The position numbers were made by a program, and so were the translations under genes. DNA of 64,000 nucleotides from Octopus vulgaris (lineage: Eukaryota): positions 2,356,001 to 2,420,000 of the forward strand of contig OX597822.1 in NCBI GenBank assembly GCA_951406725.2, in the 5' to 3' direction. This document shows positions 53,661 to 64,000 of this stretch, piece by piece. Position 1 is the first letter of the stretch, and each line of letters opens with the position of its first letter. Below the pieces are notes generated by a model that saw only the letters and a program-made list of their open reading frames with translations, did not search any database and was not told the origin of the DNA.

Positions 53661-54369
53661 ACTAGGCCTGGCGAAAGAGGCTTTGCACATGACCCTCGTG
53701 GCTGTCGAAGTCGACGCCAATAATGTTTTGCTTAAACTGCTGTGAGTCCCTGACTGTAGGAAACGGGCATAACAGAATTTGAAAAAAGCGGCATTCTGCA
53801 ATGGAAGGGATGATTACAGTAATTTGCGTGAGAGCAGGGTGTGAAATATCATAAAGATGATGGGAGGATACGACACGATGGAAGGTGAATTACCTGGGTT
53901 GAGTTTGCATGCGATCAGGCAGCTCCAAGTAGTTGTACTCATTTTAATAACGATAGAAATGCAGAAGGAAACAGATATGCTTATATGTACATATATACAT
54001 TTGTATAAGAATCGAACAGCTATTATGCAACTTTCAGAGACACGCGAGCACACGTCACCTTGATAAAGTGTCCACAATGAGAGTAACCTTAGTCGAATTA
54101 GGATTGAAAGGTGGTCCTGCATCGGAAGCTAGTAAAAAAGAATTTTGGGGGATGAACGGAATGAAAATCGTTAAGGATTGCAACATAGAATATGGCGAGA
54201 TATTGTTAGATTTTGGTGGCACTGCTAAGCTGCGCTGGAAGCAATTTTTCCTGGGACTATTTTCGTTGTTTTCTAAATTAGCAGAATAAAACTGAGCTAA
54301 AGCAAAAACTCGACTGTGGGGACATTTGGAGATAATTTCAGAGTTCTGTTCTGCGGACAGGTGGAGTTC

Positions 54370-54487
54370 GTTATTTACATTCTTTACGTTCGACGGATAT
54401 TTGTCCTCACCTTGTTTGTTGTTTACACAACGAATGTAAATAATGTAAATAATGTACATGATTCTTCATCTCAAATATAAAACTGTA
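54370..54487. mobile_element. Inverted-junction fragment of a repeat family also seen at 24556-24650
   Basis: TGTCCTCACCTTGTTTGTTGTTTACACAACG is the reverse complement of CGTTGTGTTAACAACAAACAAGATGAGGACA; TGTAAATAATGTAAATAA is shared. Confidence 0.7.
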
Positions 54488-54896
54488 GATGGAGTTCTGT
54501 TTATCAGACAGGCGGTGCACTAATGTAAACCAATCGAGTGGAAGAGGGATCGTTGTACTGTAGGACAGCCAAAGTCTGACCTAAGGTCAATCAAATAAAA
54601 CAAGACAGAAAGTGGAGATTACATCGCTCATGGAGCTGCAAAAATACTCGGTGGTTGTAAGCCAACTACAGTTCAACTTTGGGTCATCTATTAGAATGAT
54701 TCATCTGTCACATGCTTCAATATTGTGAAACTCCGAGTAATAGCTGTATGTCATCACGAATAGTATAGTAGCATACACACATATATAAACTACATAATAC
54801 AGTGTTCTTGCTTGCGTTTGTATATACTCATGTATGACCCTGCGTGAGTACACTTGTTTCATAAGGAGATTTAAAGTTATGTATAGAGATAGAGAG

Positions 54897-55140
54897 TGGA
54901 GGCGCGTGGTGTAGTGGTTAGGGTGTCAGCATCATGATCGTAAGATTGTGGTTTCGACTCCTGGACCGGGCAACGCGTTGTGTTCTTGAGCAAAACACTT
55001 CATTTCACGTTGCTCCAGTCCACTCAGCTGGCAAAAATGAGTAACGCTGCGATGGACTGGCGTCCCATCCAGCTGGGGAACATATATGCCATAGAAACCG
55101 AGATACCGGACCCATGAGCCTGGCTAGGCTTTAAAAGGGC
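54897..55140 (+). mobile_element. SINE family C, full length
   Basis: GGAGGCGCGTGGTGTAGTGG box A, GGTTTCGACTCC box B, CORE-like TGTGTTCTTGAGCAAAACACTT. Confidence 0.9.
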
Positions 55141-55824
55141 GCATTTTTTTCTTTTATAGAGATAGAGAGAAAGAGGAAGAGTGAGTGAATTAAAGCAACA
55201 TATAAATAGAGGCGGAGAGAGAAGAAGAGTTGTGGGCTTTATCATGGATTTTTGTCGGACTCCACCCACTGATATTTTTATGTCGTTGTTTTTAATCGAT
55301 CTTCTGATGTTTACAGTTTGAATACATGAGTTTCATAATCGGAAAAAGAAACCGATTATCTTCATTTTTTTTATTCAAACTCAATAAAAAATATCTGATT
55401 AAGCCTAAGAGATTTTCATTGGCTATAACTTTTTTGCGTTATAAATATATTCCGTTTGCATTTGAAGTGTATAATATATATATTCTGTTGGCAATTGCAA
55501 TTACATTTTCAAAGTTAATAAACTGTATGTAAAACAATAACATTTTAAATTTACTGAAAGTGAATCAACTAAAGATATTATATCTAAGGCAAGCAAAATA
55601 TATTTATTTATACAACGTTTAAAATGGAAACGAAATACATTTGTATAGAAGAACATTAACCCTGCTGCGGTTCTCTTCAGCCTGCAAATATGCCTTTCAA
55701 TTATAAAAACGATTGAAGGTAAATTGGAACGATCCACGCTGAAACACGTACATTCGTACAGTCACACACATACACGCACGCACACACATACACACAAGCA
55801 CACGCTCTACCCCATATATAAATA

Positions 55825-56222
<398 letters not shown>

Positions 56223-56225
56223 ATG

Positions 56226-58495
56226 TTTCTTTATTAGCCACACAGGGCTGCACACAGACAGAACAAATTACAATGTAGAGCTTTTCTTTTGGGGGTAAAA
56301 AAAGGGGGTTGGTTTTCGATCAAAAGGGATCGTAAAAGGAAAGAAAGAGGACAAAAAAAGGTGAGGATTTAAAAAAAAAAGGGGGCGGGGATGTTGATCA
56401 ATAGGGATCGTAATCACAGAAATGTCAATATGAAGTGTAAAGGGGAGGACAGGTGAGGTTTACCCGTGGAAAGAAAAGCCTACGGAAAAGACCACGGTAA
56501 CCTCGATCAATGAAGTCACATGTTATATTTCTTTCTTTTTTTTTGCAAATAAGCAACTCTCTGTATCAATTTTTACGGTTCATAGAATCATAGTCAAGGT
56601 GGCTTCGTCATTCATACGTGCCATCCTTGCTACATTCACCCATCTTTTTTTAAAACATTCACTAGACAAAACTTGCCTCTCTACACTCACTTTCCTCTTC
56701 AAATGATACTTGAAGAAGTTGATGAGAGATTGACCAGAGAGGAAAGTGTTTGTCTCCAATCCTTTCAGGCGCGTCCACCAGATACATTCTTTGGCCATAG
56801 CCACAAGTATGATAAAAATAGCTCTTCCTTCCCGTTTGAAGGAAGGAGGCGTGACGATATTAACGATAGACTCGGCTGATAAACCGACACGTCCCACACG
56901 TAACAGCAGTCGTTCGACATAAGCCCACAGGTCGGAAATTGCTGGACACTGCCCGATTGCGTGCAGAGCGGTTTCGTCGCTCTGCCCGCATCTCGGGCAG
57001 GTCGGCCCCGTGTTTCTCGAGCCATGCCTATAGAGCTTATCCCGAACGGGTAGCGCTTCTCAGTAGCACCGCCAGGCCAGGGATCTCTGGAAGTTGTCCA
57101 TAGGTCCCGGGCCGAAAGTCGTTTGAAACAGGCGGGTCAGGTATTCCTCGTCGACGCCCAGGTTTGCCCCGAGATCGTCGTCGTACGTCCCCTCCACTAA
57201 TCCCCTATAGAATGCTTTGGTTGTGTTGAAGTCATTCAAGGTCGATCCGGGACGGCAGAGTTGCTTGAGAGCAACGCGACACTCGCGGTGCCATTCGCCC
57301 TTCCTCGGCCTCTTTTTGATCCACGACTGCAGTTCGGTCATGGAGACGAGCTGCGGGAATGCGTGCCTCACAAACGGCGACCACACCTGTTCACTGTCAT
57401 GTACATAGAGCCGGAGATATCGCAGTCTCAGCGCGTGTCTGCGCATCATCAACCACGGCATGCCCAGCCCTCCTTTTAACGTGTGTTGACAGCAAATGGA
57501 TCGCCTGACCATCGGGACGCATCCTTTCCACAAGAAGCGGAAGAGAATGCGTTCTAATTTGGTGATGGTAGGGTCGGGACAAGGTACGACGGTCAGGCGG
57601 TAGTAGATGATGGACGCGATGTACGTGTTCGCCACCTCCGCCCGACTTTTTAGGGAGTTTCCTCTCGGCCCATTGCTGGGCGAGAATGACCACCCTACTC
57701 GTTATCTCGTTCCAGTTCTTCTCCATTTGGAGGTCCGGACCGAACCAGACCCCGAGCAACTCAACCGGGCCGTCTGTCCAGCGTCCCACGACGGAGGCAC
57801 TGGTGGACGGCATAGGCTTGCTTCTCCAGGTACCGAGCCGCAAGCCCACTGACTTTTCCCGGTTGATTTTTGCTCCTGTCACCGCTTCGTAGTCTTTCAG
57901 TGTCTCGCCGACCCGCTCGATGTGCTCGTGGCTTGACACTATGACGGTGACGTCGTCCGCGTATGCAGACACGCTCGTCCCACATCCCAATTCTCGCGGG
58001 ATGCCCCTTAGAGTCGCCAGCTTCCGCAGTAGTGGCTCAAGAGTCAATACGTATAGAAGCGCTGAGAGGGGGCATCCCTGACGGACCGAACGTGCAATGT
58101 CGAAGAGGTCTGGATAGATGTCCATTTACGCGAATTACCGAACGGATGCCTCTGTACAAGGCAGCTATCCAGTCGCGGAAGACGGGACCGAAACCAGCCG
58201 CTCTCAGGACTGCCTCCAAGTATCGATGGTCTACCCTATCGAAGGCTTTCGATTGATCCAAGTTGATCAGGGCCCCACCCATGCCAGGTTCGTTAACTAC
58301 CCTGTCTATGATGTAGCGCATCAGATGGAGGTTGTCATGGATGCTCCGGCCCGGCACAGCTCACGTTTGTGCGTTGTCGACCAGTTTCTCGATGACAAGC
58401 GCCAACCTCTTGGCTAAAACCTTTGTCAAAATTTTCAGGTCTGCATTGAGCTGAGTGATTGGTCTAAAGTTATCTATAATGTTCCCCTTGTTTGG
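56226..58495 (-). mobile_element. 5'-truncated Tx1/L1-clade non-LTR retrotransposon (RT + C-terminal zinc finger + 3' UTR), frameshifted
   Basis: [61 protein letters not shown]; GC-rich; ORF ends at ~56580. Confidence 0.95.
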
Positions 58496-58511
58496 ATAGA
58501 TAGATAGATAA

Positions 58512-58579
<68 letters not shown>

Positions 58580-58584
58580 GTAGG

Positions 58585-58651
<67 letters not shown>

Positions 58652-58672
58652 GTAGGTAGGTAGGTAGGTAGG

Positions 58673-58741
<69 letters not shown>
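58495..58741. repeat. (GATA)n/(GGTA)n microsatellite
   Basis: Directly visible. Confidence 0.97.
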
Positions 58742-58828
58742 GTAAATGTCGAATTACGTGTTGGTGGATAAAATTTCTTTATTTGTGTATTACGGCTACC
58801 ATGGATTTTGTGTTAAGAAACGTATCTT

Positions 58829-58969
58829 AATATCTGAACAATTTTTCAAGCCGATCACACGGAGGAATGGTGTTCATCTCCATTTTGGAGATATTTTGTG
58901 TTTTCATCCAAAATGGATATGAACACCATTCCTCCATGTGATCGGCTTCAAAAATTGTTGAGAGATATT
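58829..58969. repeat. Fold-back (~61-bp arms, 17-bp loop) at the 3' end of the CR1 ORF
   Basis: AAGCCGATCACACGGAGGAATGGTGTTCAT pairs with ATGAACACCATTCCTCCATGTGATCGGCTT. Confidence 0.9.
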
Positions 58970-60085
58970 CGTCCAGGAACCGTTTGAATGTTAAGAGATC
59001 TTTTGTCTTATATTTCTTGACATGATGTTAAAGAGAGTACGGCCAGTTGAGGTTGAGTACTTCTGCCTTAGTGTTGTGATGTGATGTGAGCATGATTTTT
59101 GTAGAGCTTGGATGAAACTGGGACCATCCTTTGAATGAGTTTTAAACTTTGATTCCAGCGTCATAGTGAAAATGATAGATCGCTTGCGGTGGCGTTGGAA
59201 GAAATAAGGTTTGAGTTGCGTAAGACGATCCCCAAAATCAGAATCTGGCAGAGCGTCTGTTTCTTTTGTGATTGATCTCTGGGGTGCTTCATATATTTCG
59301 TTTCGTGTAATAAGACCAAGGCGGACAACAGTATTCAAGGTTAAGGAAGGAGAAAAATGGAGAAAAAATATCTCTAGGCCAATATGTCCTGAAGGTCCAC
59401 AAGCATACCCTGTCGGTCATATTGACTTTGTTGTTAATGTGTGCATTCCAGCTTAACTTATTATTGACGGTTATTCCGAGGTCCCTAGCAGTGTTTGATA
59501 CCACGAGGTTTTCACCTGAGTTTGAATTAATCCACCGAAGTGGATTAATTCAAATATATACTCGTTTAGCTTCATATTGATCTTTTCTGCCCATCGGATA
59601 GCAGCGAGGTAATCCGAAAGGAGATTTGTTCAGTTTACCACCCTGTCGGCAGCCGTCCGAAGTTTTGAGTCACGTACGAAATTTCTAATACTGCTGTGTT
59701 TGATGACGTCAGTGGTTTCATTTACGTAAATAATGAAAAGGAGTGGGCCCTAAACAGTGCATTGTGGGACTCCACTGATGATTCTTGCCGAACTTGATCG
59801 AACACCATCTATCACTATCTGTTGAGTTCTGCTCAGGACAAAAATGCAATCTGGTTAGTTTTTTTTTAATAGGATGCTGTGGTGAGCCTTGTCGAAGGCC
59901 TTGCTGAAGTCAAGATAGATGACATCTGGATTGGAACACTCTTCCAAAATCTTTAGGGTGTCATTAAAGTGATTCAAGAGCTGTATTAAGCAGTCTGTGC
60001 CGTTGCGGAAACTAAAAGGGTTGAGAATAAATAAGATGTTATTTTCCAGGTAGGGAGTTACTCGAGATCTCACAACCCTCTCAAA
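58950..60085 (-). pseudogene. Decayed CR1-clade LINE reverse transcriptase, 5'-truncated
   Basis: DVIYLDFSKAFDKAHHSILLKK, SGVPQCTVLGPLLFIIYVN, RDLGITVNNKLSWNAHI, LEYCCPPWS, FKRFLDEYL. Confidence 0.93.
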
Positions 60086-60154
<69 letters not shown>

Positions 60155-60595
60155 ATAAATAGATGAGTGTATTTTTACCTTGTAACAATTAACACGGAAA
60201 AAATAAATAAATAGTTACCAGGGCAGCAAAAATCTCACAAGTAAAGATGTTGTAACTCCTTGTTTATAAAGGTAGAAACTTCGTGTTTACGTTGAATATT
60301 TTGAATAATATATGAATAAATAAATGGACTTTAACGCAGGTGTAATCAAATATTTTTACTTTCGACACATGTTTCGAAAATTCCACTGATACTATTCAAA
60401 GAATAAATGGTATGAACAATGCAATCTTCTCCTTGGCGAGTTTCTTATTGACGAGTTTCGCTTTTTTCACTTTCGTGAGGAGAAGATTGCATTGTTTATA
60501 CCATTTATTCTTTTGAATAATATCTGTGGAATTTTCGAAACATGTGTCGAAAGTAAAAATATTTGATTACACCTGCGTTAAACTCCATTTATTTA

Positions 60596-60602
<7 letters not shown>
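60155..60602. mobile_element. (TA)n-flanked fold-back element (~125-bp arms) with an HHR-like motif
   Basis: 60309-60433 is the reverse complement of 60478-60602; one-sided extension 60155-60308. Confidence 0.88.
60469..60554 (+). ncRNA. Type I hammerhead-like motif with a long stem II and C3->G change
   Basis: ACTTTC-GTGAGGA-GAAGATT...AATTTTC-GAAAC-ATGT-GTC-GAAAGT. Confidence 0.6.
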
Positions 60603-60646
<44 letters not shown>

Positions 60647-61437
60647 ATGAAGGCGTTAGCCATTACCTCAGTTTCCACGAATATTTGATCGGTTAGTCCA
60701 TCATATTGTTATTTAAGGAAACGCCCTCCAACAAATATTGAGCGTCCAATTGGCTAAGACACTGTAAGACACTGTAATTCTTTATTGAAAAAGGACATTT
60801 ATTATTTTTTTTGTTGCTGGTTGTTTCTATACACTAATTTCTCCACTTTGTTACAGTAATCTCAAGATTAAGTTTTCTTGACACAAAAATGCTAAGATCA
60901 TCTATTGTTGTATGTATCACAAAACAGCAAACCTTCAGCCATAAATAAAATCTTAATACAAAAATCTAGGATTCCTTTGAATGGAAATTTTCTGCCAAAT
61001 GAAATCACTTACCGGGAAACTAGAGAATCGACAGACCTTACAGGATAAATGTGTGGTGGGTGGTCATATCTGGCTTAAGTGGTTAGGTTTCAACTGTAGA
61101 ATATAAGGGTTACAAAAAAATCTTGGATGGAAATGGATAGTAGTAGCACAGGATAACAAATGTTGTGGGTTCGTGTTCCATAGGGAGACTTCAGACATAT
61201 CCTAGCCAATGAGTTCTTTTAGCTAAATATTCTACCTCCTACCAAGTATAGCTTTATCTACTTTCAATTAATGTCATAATGAATTATTTATATTTGTTTA
61301 TCATTATATGTGTGTATTTATATAAATGTATTTTGCTTGTTTCTGGTATGTACAAGTGTACGCATGTTTATATATACATAGATGGATATATAACTGTGTA
61401 TTTATGAGCAAGTATACACACACACACAAACACATAG

Positions 61438-61506
<69 letters not shown>

Positions 61507-61509
<3 letters not shown>

Positions 61510-61688
61510 GGAAAGTTTACGAAAATAAACAAAAGACGAAGGCAAGTGGTGTACAAACGAACAGATGTATTAGTATAACGCTCAGGAATAGAAAAAGTCT
61601 TTTACGTTTCGAGCCTACGCTCTTCAACAAAAAGATACACAGAAAAACAAGGAGAGAAAAAATGTGTGTAGTAGCTAACGATCTATCA
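61507..61688 (-). mobile_element. (TA)n-inserted ~180-bp element with a minimal HHR-like motif
   Basis: Minus strand: TTT-TTGTTGA-A-GAGC(GTAG)GCTC-GAAAC-GTA-AAAG; same family as 25127-25320. Confidence 0.75.
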
Positions 61689-61962
61689 TATATATATATA
61701 TATAGATATAGATATACAAATACATTTTACATCTATACTTATATATATATAAGTATAGATGTAAAATGTATTTGTATATCAGTATGAACATATTCATTTG
61801 TACGTATGCATATTTTTGCATAAATCAAAATAAACTTGTAGAATTATATTTCGTGTGCGTATGTGTGTATATATATATATATTCATTTATTAATTTATAT
61901 GCATATATTATATTATATCATATTATATATATATATATAAGAGTGTATGTACGTATTTGTTC

Positions 61963-62006
<44 letters not shown>

Positions 62007-62746
62007 CATGCATGCATATACATATATGATTGTATGTGTATATAACACCATAAAGGCGAAGAAGAAATAAAGTGATGATGTCTATAAAACTGAAGGTTGT
62101 GAAAGATTACAATAATGTCAGTACTTATGAAAAAGCGAGAACCCAATAAATCTATATTGCTTTGCTACTTTATTCATTTCTCGTTACTTGTTAATGGTCG
62201 ACATTTTATATATTGATTTTAGCGATCGATTTTTGGTTGGGTGCATAGGCGTTGGGTGAGGCACATGTGAAGAAATATTTTTTGTGGTTTATTTTTGTAG
62301 ATTTTGTTTTGTGAATTTTTTTTTGTTCTCTACTTCTTAACAATTCATGTTATTGTTCTGATGACTATTAGCTGATTGTTTTAAGTGTAGCGATGGACGT
62401 TGCGATGGAGAGCCCGGTGGAGATTGGTAGCGACGCCGATGACTATAAGGAAAACGATGCGGATGCTGCGCTAGTAATGCACATATGTACTCTGTGCGTG
62501 TGTGTGAGTGTGTGTGCGTGTGTGTAAAGAAATATTATGTGTGTTTAGTATACAGATGCAGGTGCACGTATAGACATAGAAGGATACATAAGTCTGTAAG
62601 TGCATACATGCATATATATATATAAGGAGATGCGGAAATATATATATATATATATGTATATATGCAGAGTGAGAAAGAGGGGAGTGAGAGTGAGAGAGAG
62701 AGACAGAGACAGAGACAGACAGAGAAGAGAAACAGACAGAAATAGA

Positions 62747-62795
<49 letters not shown>

Positions 62796-63613
62796 CGGAG
62801 GAGAAGGGGAATGAGGAGAAGGAGGAAGAAGAAGCAGGAGGTGGAGGAGGAGGAGGAAAAAATGCAGCGGAGGTGAAGAAGAATGGTAAATGGCATGCGA
62901 GTGTGGGAGTTGTTAAGAATGACTGTGCTGGAAAGAATGGATCCAAGTTAAGGAACAAAGGTCAAATTCGTTATATATTAGAAGAAACAATAACTATCTT
63001 GAGAAAGCAATTGTGCTATCGGTTTTTGCGGCCTAAAAGTGGCAGAAGGAAAGAGAAATTGGGTCGCACGTGGAGATTGACGACATCATAGGTGAAGTAG
63101 AGAGAATGAATGTATGAAATAAATGAAAGTATTTGAAGATAAAAAACAAAGCAAAATTAAGGGATATTATATATATATATGAAAGTTTAGCAAAATTTAG
63201 ATTCAGATGAATATGGTACTTAAGTCAAAGGCACCAGAATTTTGTATGGTATTACCCATATAAATCAAATGGGGGGATTATAATCAAAATAAGCAACAAG
63301 TATATCCAAGGTAGAGTAGTACAATTGTTTCATGCTACTTCATTTTATTAAACACTCTAAGAATTACATCAGTTTTAAAATGTCGAGCAATCTTCACCCA
63401 CTTATAGAATTTTTCACTCAAACGGACAATGCACATTCTTATCTCTATTTCATCTGCCAACATTATAATGAGGGTAGATATATAGACAGAGAGGTTGATT
63501 TCATCATTAAGAACATGGCGGTAGTATGTTCATTCTCCGTCTGTAGATTTTATCATTGAGTTCACTTTGTTATTTAGTTCTATCAGTGGGGAAGGGGTTT
63601 TATGTTTGGTTGG

Positions 63614-63707
63614 ATGGAGACAAAGAATTTTTTCTATTTATAGATATAGGAAGGGGTAGTACTACCCCTTCCTATATCTATAAATAGAAAAAATTCTTTG
63701 TCTCCAT
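63614..63707. repeat. Perfect 94-bp spacer-less palindrome
   Basis: 63614-63660 is the exact reverse complement of 63661-63707; centre GTAGT|ACTAC. Confidence 0.95.
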
Positions 63708-63748
63708 ATATATATATATAAATACATATGTATGTATGTATGTATATA

Positions 63749-64000
63749 CCGTAAATCCTCGGGTATAGTCCGCCCTTGAGTATTAGGGGGCTGTACCTCT
63801 GAAAAACTTAAACCTTGTGTATAATACGCAACCTTTCTCTAACTTGAGTCAAGAAGGTCTATATAACGTCCTTGGTTTGTAGAAATGTATACGGTAACGT
63901 CCTTTATTGTTATTGTATATATAACATAATGCAAACGTGTAGCATTTTTGTGCATTTTGTTTGTAGAAAATAAAGAAATAACAGTAATAACGTTTCATAA
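63749..64000 (+). mobile_element. pogo/Tc2-like DNA transposon end (TA-CCGTA terminus); other end not identified in the window
   Basis: TA-CCGTAAATCCTCGGGTATAGTCCGCCCTTGAGTAT with subterminal GTATA..CGC repeats. Confidence 0.55.

Noticed and set aside
62600-63091. 163-aa low-complexity ORF
   Set aside because: Built from (GA)n, (AAT)n and (GGA)n repeats

Overview
AT-rich eukaryotic non-coding DNA, most likely from an octopus or another coleoid cephalopod. This is inferred from the SINE families and the very high density of (TA)n/(CA)n/(TACA)n/(GATA)n/(ATT)n repeats. No intact host protein-coding gene can be supported, and nearly all ORFs in the track are microsatellite or repeat artefacts. 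The window is a mosaic of at least five tRNA-derived SINE families, Tc1/mariner, pogo-like and piggyBac-like DNA transposon relics, and decayed LINEs (Tx1/L1-like inside (GATA)n, CR1, RTE, R4/Dong-like, Penelope-like). The most notable signal is a recurring class of ORF-less elements sitting in (TA)n microsatellites, built as fold-backs or tandem repeats. Several carry type I hammerhead-ribozyme (HHR) motifs. Examples are a 2.8-kb element with ~775-bp inverted arms and an apparently intact HHR in each arm (16457-19285), a retrozyme-like ~300-bp tandem repeat with an HHR-like fold per unit (6830-7520), and several HHR variants with non-canonical cores. All coordinates were read by eye and are approximate; no alignment, folding or database search was run.
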